The notes beneath the pieces are model-generated. The model worked only from the letters and a program-made list of their open reading frames with translations. It made no database searches and was not told the DNA's origin. Of a stretch of DNA of 64,000 nt, positions 14,040 through 25,090 are shown in pieces. Position 1 is the first letter of the stretch; the number at the start of each line of letters is the position of its first letter. The position numbers were made by a program, and so were the translations under genes. Origin of the DNA: Lingula anatina (lineage: Eukaryota > Animalia > Brachiopoda); contig CM120644.1 of assembly GCA_051362555.1 (NCBI GenBank), forward strand, positions 4,906,954 through 4,970,953, given 5' to 3'.

Positions 14040-14678
14040 AAGAAGGGAAAACATGTATACACAGGGGGATGTGACATGATTTCTCTTAATTTATTCCAAA
14101 AGGGGTCTATAGTGTGCTTTCAAAATAAATGCAGTAAACGGAAAATTAGATATTTTAAGATAGATACTAAATGAATATGCATGTAAATAATCAGTTAGAT
14201 AAGGATTCCATTTCTTGCAGAGGGTGCCAAGAAATTTATCCCAAAACAAAATATCTAGACTTAAAATGTTGGTCTCAAAGTTGAGATCAACTTTTGGTTC
14301 TTTAGTGAAAGAGGCCATGGGTGCACAGGTCTGCTGGAAAGAAGACCTCGGCTCATCAAAGACCCTCTCACATCTGCCTAACCTGTAATTTATTGGCAAT
14401 CAATTCTCCTTACACACGCAAGTGGCATTGTGACGAAGGATCGTGGCATTGATCTCTTTGAATACAGGGCTGGATTATTCCGCTTCATTTGGCAGACCAG
14501 TCAAGATGTCATCAGGGAGGAGTACTATTTATAATGGATCTACCTGCAATGTTATCAAGATGTTAGCAATGTGTTTTCTTTATAAAGATGTTATGCATTC
14601 ATGTGTAATTGAAATACTGACTAAGACACCTGTACTCATGCCAGTGTAGCTTGCATGCTTGCTTATGCACATATGCAA

Positions 14679-14681
14679 AAA

Positions 14682-14728
<47 letters not shown>

Positions 14729-14729
14729 A
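14679..14729. repeat. (AAAT)n microsatellite
   Basis: Direct reading. Confidence 0.95.
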
Positions 14730-16608
14730 AGATTAACAGGCTAGGTAGTTTAAATTGAAGATTAAATGTGCATAATTTGACAATTTTAGCTTTTAAATTG
14801 ATGATTTTTATACTTAAATGAGTTTGTAAAGTTTAGTTATATGATTTAGGCTATTTGGGGTTCAATTGATTCTTGATGTGCACTGAACATGAAGACTGAC
14901 CAAAAAACAAATTTCCAGATGAGTTTGAAAAACAGAATGTCTTTTCTGTAAACATTTCCCTGCAGATCTCAGACAAATTACTCCATTAATGGAAAGAGAG
15001 AGAGTCTGCAACAAAAGGTCAGACCCTTAAATATCCCAGTGCTCAGAAAAAGAGGAGAAAAAAAAAATGCAGAAAAAAAGTTATTGACCATTACAGGAGG
15101 ATACATGTTTCACTGGCGTCTGCTGGTTTTCAGGAGTTGGTCAACCTGACCTCCTCCAGCTCAATCTTCTTAGGGATGGTTTATTTAGGTGTTATCATCT
15201 GCTGAGAAAGATAGACTTGTCAGAAATTGTGTCTTGATTAATAACTCCCTCAACTGGGTATTTTTATCAGCATTAGCAATGTCATATTTGTCACATCTTT
15301 TGACTTGGCTAAAAATATCAACTGTATTTCTTTCAAGTCCACACTGAAAGTGTGTGATTCTGTCATCACACAACTGTTGTATCAGGTTTGAATTAGATTA
15401 AAATGCAATATATTTTGATTAACAATTAATTGAAAAGAGAAAACAAACAAACTTTTAATCAACTTCCATGGTACAGTTCCAGGAAAATCTTTCAGAATCA
15501 TGAAGACAAATATATATCCTTCTGGCTATATAAAAAATTATGATCGTTAACCTTAATATAGGAAACAGCCTCAGGGCCAGATGAGGATGTGGTGACATTA
15601 TGCCTGTGGTTCAAATAAAATGAATGTTTGTAGTAATAACATAATAAATTGATTAGGTAAATGAATAATGAACTTCATAATCATGCCAGAAATCAATTTA
15701 CTTTAGAGTAACACATGGCTGCAGTGACATAATGGTTTGATCTGCATATAACCCACTTGATAACAGAAGGAGAAATATATTTGAAAGTCACTCTTGTTTA
15801 GTGATCTTTTAACCTTGGTTTGACATTTTCAATATTATCAATTTGATATTGGGTGGCTATTGATATTGACCAAGAGAGAACATTATGGTATTCTGTAGGC
15901 CACTATTACAGATAATTGTCTTTCTCTCATCTTCTCTCCATCATATTAGTTTTTCTTTAAATTGAAAGTTGATTGGTTTTTATTGGACAACAGCATTTAA
16001 CAGGACCCATTTAATTATGCTTTAGAAGCTGGTTAGAGGTAAAAGAGAACCCTAGGGTGATTAAGATTGACCAAATTGATAACGAATCAAAGAGGGAGAG
16101 AAAAATATTTATCTTTATGTAATTTTTAAACTAGTCGTGTGTATGTCATGTATCTTGCTGTAGCAGTGCCTTGGAAAAAATATTGTTTTTTGTCTGTGTT
16201 TTTGGGAAAATTTTTGTGATGTTTTTCTTGGAAATAAAAGTTATTGTGGTGAGAAAACATGTATCAGATTGTGTTTATACTGGTAAGAAGCCTTTTGGGA
16301 TTTTGCTGGTTTTCTTTGTCTAGAATGCCATGTTTTGCAGCAAAGTACGAGTGTGTAATTTAAACCAACCCTGTGAGAATATGTCTCATTTAAAGTTCAC
16401 TTGTGGTTCTCAGTTTATTCTGTAATGAATGTAACACTTCGAGAACTGTTTGTGGAAAGTCCTCCAGAATGTCCTAGAACAGATTAAAAGAGAAAAACGT
16501 TATGTTCTAGGACAGATTTGAGAACAGTAACTGAGTGTTAAAAGAGACATATGGGGGTTAAGATGGGGAAGGTGGCACATGTTTCCATTCCTGGGTGTGA
16601 ACACCTGT

Positions 16609-16611
<3 letters not shown>

Positions 16612-16676
<65 letters not shown>
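16612..16676. repeat. (TA)n microsatellite
   Basis: Direct reading. Confidence 0.95.
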
Positions 16677-16678
<2 letters not shown>

Positions 16679-19032
16679 GTGTTGGAACTGGTGTAAGAAT
16701 TTGATGAGCTCCCTATAGGCACTCCCATTCCAGGATGAAAACATAATTGAACAGGGTCATTGGAGGGTGAATTGAACTAGACTTGTTTATGGATCTTTTC
16801 TGACATTTGACTTCAACTATTGTCACCACTGATTGGCTGATTATGACAGTCAAAATTTAATTTCAGCTTAATATCAGCGCCTTGCAGTTGTAGTGTGAGG
16901 GTTAATCAAATTACTCGACTGCTCACCAATTTTTCGATATGTCAACATGTTTACGTCCAGCTTTCATTACTATGGTGATGGGGACTCCAGAACTAATGGA
17001 TACCCTGGGGAATTGGGGAGTTTACGAAAGATGGGAGGAGGTTGAGGGGCGATGGTTGGACCAAGGGGGGGGGGGGGGGGTTCTCAATCACTCTCTCCTT
17101 GTTACTCTCTGTTATCTCTCTCTGTTTCTATTTTGCACACTGTTGTCTTTTTATTTCAGTTTTGTTTAAAATTGTTTAACATTCAAATTTTGTTTTGTTT
17201 TTTTTTATGGTATATGTCAGGGATGGAATGGTGGGGGGAGAGAAGGAGGAGAAGAGTTTGTAAAATATTATCAGTCTAGACACCCCGTGCACTTTTTCTG
17301 TCGATTGAAATGATGTATATTTGCAGTAATCCAAATAATTTTTCGTTCTAAGAAATAGACACCACAAGAAAGAATGCAACATATTACAGCTTTGAAATGA
17401 TCTCCATTATCACCAACCATCTCCTATAACTCTCCATTCAAAGGAAAGGTCAGAAGTATTACCTAGAATTTCCATTCCCAGAAAATGATGCCTTGGGGAC
17501 GAGACACTCATTAGGTTAGAAATGAAAGACAAATAAATACATTTGTAAATGAAATGGGTTACTGAGATGGTTTTATGTTTTAGATAGTTCAAAGTGACAG
17601 GTGCATCTTCTGATTTTTTTTAACTTTTGAGGAGTACAGCAATTTTTCACATATTAATTTCAAAACCATTTTATAATATCAATCTGTGGATTCCACATGC
17701 TCACAAAAGGCATACTTCTTTAATTACATCTTTTCAGTACTTTTAATTAGTAGAGTTTCTTTTGGGTAATATTGATCATCAAATTTGTTTGGGCTTGGTG
17801 AGTAAACAGCACAGAAATCTGTGTAAACATGTGATTAGATACTGAAGCCATTTAAGTTTGCTGTAAACATTTTAGTTTACTTCACCAAAATATCAATCTG
17901 AAGAGAAAAAATGGGATTTACAGATACAAATATTGCTGTACTCTAATGATAAATTGGCAGTAGTTTAGTTGAGATTTTATTGAAGTTCTAAGATGAAAAG
18001 GCTGGAGTTATAATCAAACTACATTGCATATAACTGTCACTGTTATGGCTGGAAGATTGCTTTAAATTTCTATTTTTCAGACTTAAATTTGGTGAAAATA
18101 AGTTTTCTTTTCAGTTGAAGATGCAGTAAAATGAAATAAAATTAAGAAGTAAAAAGCTTTTGTTTTGTAGATAGCTACAGAATAGAAGTTGATATTGAAA
18201 AGTGGGCTGTCCAAAAACAGAAAGAAAGAAAAGGAAAAAATGGTTTGTGACAACATGTTTTTCACATGAAAAGTGACCATCAGTTAACACGTACGATAGC
18301 ACAGAAAATGACCACCTCCTATCCCCTGATGATATCTTGACCCTGATGATAATTACAATAGAAACCCTTCATAAATCATGAACTCTGTCTCACCGTTTGT
18401 CCATGCTCGTCCTTTTGTCTGCTAGAGCTTCTAATAGGGTGATTGAGGACATCACTGTGAGAGTGAATTGTGTTAGGAGGAGGCTATAGTTTCATGAAAC
18501 ACATTGCTGTCATGTTTTGTTTGTTTCAGGCGCAAAAGATGGTGTGTGTTTGAGTGTGTGTGTGTGTGTGTGTGTGTCTGTGTCTGTTTATGTGTCCTAG
18601 TGGATTCTGCAGTATGTTTATAAAATTTATATATTGAAATAAACACATGTATTTTCTATTGCCAACAAATAATTGCCATGTGGACAATGTGATTATGCAT
18701 GGCCAGAAGCAGAAAAATAGAATACATGTGTTTGAATGTATATCCATGCCTGTGTGTGCACATGCATATGTAATGTCTCTCCACATATGCACATATGTAA
18801 TGTCCTTCCACTAATGTACACATGCACATGCATGCATGCGTGAAATCGTGACTTTACATATATGCAACAAAATCTGCCAAAAGGCTTGACAACAGCATCA
18901 CAAACACCTCACTGACACTTTTCTTAATTTTTTCCAGTTTTCATTAAAATTAATTCATTTAATGCCCTTTAGCATTTACACAATGTGTTGTTTCGGGTCA
19001 CATGTATGATCCAGTAGATGATGGCAGTTTAA

Positions 19033-19199
19033 GGGACCATTCAGAATAGGGGACTAACTAGTCAGAGGGTCAAATATGGCCGACCCAACTGAATACTTCC
19101 CATCTATTCAGTGTCTGTTAGTGGATTAGTTTGCAAGCTTTGTAGTGAGTCACCATATTTGACCTTCAGACCTCTTAGTCCCCTATTTGGAATAAGGCC
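19033..19199. mobile_element. Degenerate palindromic MITE with TAA TSD (PIF/Harbinger-like)
   Basis: Imperfect TIRs (AATAGGGGACTAA / TTAGTCCCCTATT; GGTCAAATATGG / CCATATTTGACC), with TAA on both flanks. Confidence 0.75.
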
Positions 19200-19454
19200 T
19201 AAGATTTTAGGATCAAGATTGGCTGGTCATTATCTGATGTGCTTTATCAAAGGGAGCATCTGTTGGATTAATTTGATAGATTTGGTTCTGCTTTGACACC
19301 CTGGCAACAGAGGCTGTCCTGTAATTTTAAACAGACACAAAATGTATTATTTTTTCCTTTGTAAGTACCCTGCACTTCCAGTTGGTTCCAAAGGTGTTTT
19401 CAATTAAAAAAAGAAAGTTGTCAGTGATTTAGCACATATGCACATCTTTGTTAA

Positions 19455-19455
<1 letters not shown>

Positions 19456-19493
<38 letters not shown>
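19456..19493. repeat. Poly-A tract (38 nt)
   Basis: Direct reading. Confidence 0.9.
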
Positions 19494-19496
<3 letters not shown>

Positions 19497-22225
19497 CTTC
19501 CAGACACTGGTCACTTCCAGACAGATTTGATCTCCGCTCTGTAGATATTATGCTTTGATCTGAAATGTTTTTTTCAAATTTCAAAGAACTTTTCCCCCCT
19601 CTTCAGGAAATAGAACATGAAAATATTTACTAAATTTTTTATGTTGATGGATGTACAAGTAATAAGCCATGTTTGACAAACATCAGGAGTGAAAAGGTCA
19701 CTTGTAACCATTATGGATGATTTGATGTTCTTTGAAAATAGGAATGTTTACACAACGCCTGTTGGCTCAAATTTGGTTTGAAGTCATCACTCAGTTCTTG
19801 TTCTGGGAGGGATCAATCCTGTAGTCAGCGATTTCAAAGAATTTTTGCTTTTTAAAAGTTCTTAAGAGAACTGGACCCTGTTTACTATGAAACCTGTGTG
19901 TTCTTTTGAAGAACTTAGATCAAATTTTGATTTAGAGCAGACCTTTCCCTTCAGCCAAAAAGGTAGTTTTTTTTTTTTTTTTTTTAATTTCCAAACTCCC
20001 ATCCCTCTGGGCTACCTGATGCAAGGCTGATACGTGTTTTTTGATGTTACTGCAGCTGTGCAGTTTGGAATATAGTAATGACCATCTTGCGACTCTAGGT
20101 ACTTTTGTTACAAAAACAGACAAGTTTATGTGTTTAGGAAGGCTTTTTTGTGGTGAGGTTGTAGATTAGAAATACTTCGGGTTGGTGACTTGCCATTTTG
20201 AAATAATGGCTTTCCTAAAAATAATTCAAGTTTCCATCTTTTAAAATCATTTCTTGATTGCAATCAATGAGGTAGATCACAGAAGTGTATGCTGTGCACC
20301 CAAAGTGCTGGAATGCAAATGTTATTATAGATTTCTCGCATCGCTTTATCCCCTTTAATTTCCATGACAAGATTGTGACCTGTATTAACATTTTGCTGAT
20401 CAACAACGATCTTCAGCCTGTGAAATAGGCTGGTAAAGCTCAGTCAGAAGATCAGTCACTGTGGACCAGCCTGCCAAAGCCAATATTGGAATCATAATTG
20501 ACAACTGTGATTATGAGAAATATCCCAGCGATAGAGCTCAGCAGCAGACAATAGAGAGAGGATATATTCAGTGTGATGGAAAGGCTGGTTTAGAGGACTG
20601 TATCTTTTCATTGATTTTGCCAGTCTGGAGGGTATGGTTAATTGGAGTAGAGAAGTTTGATTGAAAATTACAAGTCTACTTACATTTGAGCTGGATTTAC
20701 CTGGTCAGTGTTTTCTCTTAGAAATCGCTGTCATTGAAGTCTGATCAAAACTATATTATACAGTCAAGAAACTGCAAATGCAATTGACTGGTCAAGGATT
20801 ATGGTGGAACAAATTGGGTTTGGCGTGATCACGTTCTTGTTTTTCATAAATGCGTTCAAGAATAATTTTTAATGTTAGAAGAATACAAAAGGAGAGACAG
20901 TTTTTGCCATTGTATAAACTGAAAAAAAAAAAAAAAATGTTTCACATAGGTGTTTGAAAGCAATTCTCATTAATTCTGGTTTCACTTTCATTTTGGATTA
21001 CCATTGAATTATTTGTTTACAGGAGTATGGTTGGTGTTGGAATGATTTATCAAACAATCTAGCAGCAAACTTATAACAAGCAGAACTTCTGGATATGGAA
21101 GTTCTCATTCAACTAATTTTGAAGGACAATGGATTTTCAATCCAGGCTGTGAATTGTTCTTCTAGTTTATTCAGCTGTATTAAATTGGAGGTTTATTGAG
21201 AACTAATAAGTTGGTGAAGGGAATGATAGTTCAGCATTGAAGAGTTCTGATCACATCTATATAATAATAATAATCAACTTAATAAAATGCAGATTTCCAA
21301 GGCAATATGTGAAGAGTATTATAGTAGCTGCCGGCAGTTTTGAATAAAATGAGAGCCTCACGTCAGAGAAATATCAGAAGTATATTGAGTGACCATGATT
21401 TTCATTTGTATTGAGCAGCAGGCTTTCTAGCTCAGGGAATTGCTCTGTAATTGCTCTCCAAGAAGATTTTTAATAAGTGATTTGTGTGCTATGGCAATCA
21501 TTATGGAATTTCAGAGAAATGGTCTTTTCTCTTAGTTTTGATGATTGTTATTGACATTGTAGTTTAGGCCACATAATGACCAAAGAGCACATTGTAAGGT
21601 TACAGAAAGAAAAACAACCCAGCAATTTCAGGAGACTGGAATCAGCAGTAATGTCTCTTGTCTGAAACCTTATCTAGCCTCCACCACAAATGACAAAAAA
21701 TATTCACAGAACTGATCAGGAATTCTTGATTTTTTTAAGCAGAAATTAAACGCAGGTGACCAGTACGTGCACTTACTTTGACATGTCACAGTGTCTTGTA
21801 AGGACCAGTCTAAGATGTTTTACAGAGTTTTACCTTACATCCAGGAGCAGGCAGCTCATTATAACCAGGACTACACGTAATTATCAGAGATTACTGATGT
21901 GAAAACATCCTTGATATTGTATATATATTATTAGACATCCAGGAGCTAAACATTAGATTCGGGGATACTTATCAGTAATGTCTAATATATGAACACTGTT
22001 GATGTATTGATGTTAAAGGATATTAGATATATTGGAAGTTATTGCACAGTGGATTGAGCCAAGTTATTATAGTTATTATATTGCCATCCACACATTACAG
22101 GAGCAGGCACTTTTTAATATCACGTCCTGTTTATTGTCAATTATTGAAACACAGACCACGAGTTCAAAATAAACCCATAAAAGGCCCCACTAGAGGTCTG
22201 CTGCTGGATTATTAAATGCAATAAT

Positions 22226-22556
22226 CACGTGTGGATACACAATGTAAACAAGGATTTAGGAGTACTGCCAGTGTTGCCACTTTGGTCAGTGGTGGTCAGT
22301 TACGTAAGGATAAACAGGTCTATTGAATTGCTTACCTGATCAAGGGGAGATGCTCAGTTGGAGTAAAGGACAGTGACCTTGGACACCGCTCTTCTCTTAA
22401 TGTCATAGGTTTGCAAAGTAATTGGTTGGAAAATCAGTTTTAGCCCAGATAACCTTTCATGTGGACAGTTACTTCGATTACGTAACCCACTTTTGTAAAA
22501 CTGCCCAATACGCGACCTTGCCACATTGTGTTTACGCGCGACAATACACCTGCGCC
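22226..22556 (+). promoter_or_regulatory. Candidate promoter/5' UTR of exon C
   Basis: CACGTG at 22226, TTACGTAA at 22300 and 22478, Inr-like TCAGTT at 22354, and local CpG enrichment (CGCGAC, CGCGCG) just before the ATG. Confidence 0.5.
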
Positions 22557-22616
22557 ATGTACCTGGGAGGCTGCTGTGGCACGATGCATGGACGGCGTGC
22601 ATACATGCGAACAAGT
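22557..22616 (+). CDS. Candidate alternative first coding exon C (MYLGGCCGTMHGRRAYMRTS), di-cysteine plus basic N-terminus, phase-0 donor
   Basis: GCCATG Kozak-like start, 20 codons, canonical GTAAGT donor at 22617. GC/CpG-rich relative to its flanks. Confidence 0.75.
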
Positions 22617-23195
22617 GTAAGTATAGATATTTCTGTATGTCACTGCATGTTAAAACATAAGTTTTTTTACAATAGATACAATAGATTTGTGGTTGTTTGA
22701 AGTAGCTTAATAAAAAAAATTGGTGGCATTTCTATGCATTTTAGCACAGTTCTTTTCGGGACTCAAGGAAAACAAGCACAGTCAGGAAACTGCTGAGTGA
22801 TAAGCGTCAATTAAGTACTTATTACAAGCCTAAGTGGTCAAGCTATGTGGTCAAGCACCTGTTAATTGAACAAGCAGCAGGCCATCAATCATCTCACTTA
22901 TCCAATTAGCCGCTCAGCATGACAGGCAGGGCAAATTGTCAAGCTACTGGCTACATATAGCAGGCTGAATGTTTGTACACACTATTTACTACAATACTAG
23001 CAGCCAATCTTTGAAAAAAAAAAAAAAGAAAAGAAAAGAAAAAGGACTAGAAAGTATATTTTAAGGTTAATAAATATTATAATTTATTAAAAATTTTATA
23101 GCATATTGAATTATGATTATATAAATGTGTCTGGAGGAATCTCAATTTTTCTACCTCTCTCCCACCCCCCCTCACCTCCAAACCACATGAGTTCC

Positions 23196-23364
23196 CAGGG
23201 GCTGACAGAAGCCGTCTTCAGGGTCTTCAGCAGACGGTCAGAAAATTTCAAGTTTACCTTGATAGGCATCAAGTTTTTTTCTTTTGGAAGATGGTCAAAA
23301 TTTTAGGATGGAACAACAAAGATAATTTGGAAGACTATCAGAAGAAATCTCTGGATCAAAACTG
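23196..23364 (+). mobile_element. Degenerate copy of the CAGGGGCGG...CCGCCCCTG MITE family
   Basis: Aligns by eye with 29468-29634 (GTCTTC..AGACGGTCAG..TTCAAGTTTAC..CAACAAAGATAATTTGGAAGACT..CTCTGGATC). Confidence 0.8.
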
Positions 23365-24856
23365 AAATCTCAGTTTCTCTCCCACCCCACCCCCCCACCA
23401 CCACCACAGAAGTCACACCAGACTGAATAAGTTTTATTCTAAGCCATAGCTAAGGGTACCTGCCAGAATAATTCTTCTCCATGCATTTTGCATTGCAGAT
23501 AAATTCAGTATTTATCGACTTGAACTCTCTCTTATCTGAGATTTATCAAGCCGTAGAATTGGAAACATGCTACCAGATTTAACAAGCAAATTTCTTCAAC
23601 TAATGTTTGCCCGTAGGATGCTGGCACTTGATATGACAGTTTTCCAAAGTAAATTCAGAAAACGTGCCCTCAGGACCGTCTGAATCTACACCCATTACAA
23701 TCCATTCCTCAGAATAAATTGACACAATTTATCAATTGATCATGCTTAAGCAGAGAAGTCTATTCATTTAAAGTAAAGTGTGTCCTTTTCATATTTTGAT
23801 AGAATTGATTTTAAAGAAAAGCCAACAATAACAAGCGGTGACATTTATTGTCATCCCTTTTGATTTATTCATAAAGAAACCGGAGTTGTGCAAGGGGAAT
23901 TCAGCATCAGTAAACTCTTCAGATAGTGACAGAGCACACTGAATTAATGACCACATTTGATTTGGTATTCATATCCTTCATGCTGCATTTTGAGTCTCTG
24001 TCTCTCCTATTTATTTATTTATTTATTTTTTATTTTATTTTATTTTTTTTTGGGGGGGGAGGGTGGAATTTGGGTTGTTCAGGTGTTGTCATTCTTTTTT
24101 CACTACTATGTAATTGTTATTTTTGACAAATATTATTAACAATTGATATGATACCCAACACAATGGGAAAATATCTTGAAATGTTGTAGAATGTTTGTAG
24201 GCCTGCCAGCACTCTAAAGGTCACTCTCATAAAAGAAACGAAAACAGGTGAATGGTAAAATGAGAAAAAATTGGTTATATATCATTATGTTCTGAACAAA
24301 AGGGGAGGACATACACCTGGGCATTTAAAATAATTTTTTTCCTTGAAAATTTTATTTTTAAATTAGCTTTTTAATGGTCCAACAACCGCGTATTTATATT
24401 TACATGTACATTTTCACTGTTGCATATTAAGATACAACAATTATCTTATATTATTCACAGTATGTCTAAAAATCGTGATGCCATTCCACAATGCTTCAGT
24501 TGTCCAAACATTGGCAGCAAATTGTGTTACAGAAGAAAGGCTGCTTTCTCGCTCAACTAGGTCAATTTGGAACCTAGCTCACTGCTTCCTCATGAATTAT
24601 TTACCTAAAATTAGAAACAACATGTTACTGCTGTGATGCCTGAATTGTATCTGTCAGAATGAATGTATATTACTGTTCATCTTGCCTGTTTACAAAGTGC
24701 AATTTGATTAATGAATAAAAGCAAAATATTTTTTAAAAAAGTTTTCAAAATATGAATTTCTGCAGTTGATTGCCAAGATTGGAAAGAAGTAATGGGAAGA
24801 AACAGGGAAAAAAAATAAATTACTATACTAGTATATGTACAATTGTATGGTTCTTC

Positions 24857-24995
24857 TATTACCAGACTATACCAAATATACTAGTCTGGGCAAGTGCCCC
24901 TGTGTCCGTCTGTCCGTCCATTCGTCACACACTCAGTTCGCTATGCTGCCAAAACCTGCTTACCAGAGATCCATTTTAACAGGTATCAGATTTTC

Positions 24996-25027
<32 letters not shown>

Positions 25028-25090
25028 GGATCAAACAGTATATTTTTCTGTGCTGCCCAGGGGAAGCCCAATACTTCTGTTCGTGTTATT
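24857..25090 (+). mobile_element. Short Helentron/HINE (DINE-like) remnant
   Basis: 5' hairpin CCAGACTA...TAGTCTGG followed by a GTCCGTCTGTCCGTCC microsatellite, the typical layout of these elements. Family assignment is from pattern only. Confidence 0.5.

Noticed and set aside
16538-16744. ORFs with YI, HT, poly-Y, poly-K or poly-F runs here and elsewhere
   Set aside because: Microsatellite and homopolymer translations.
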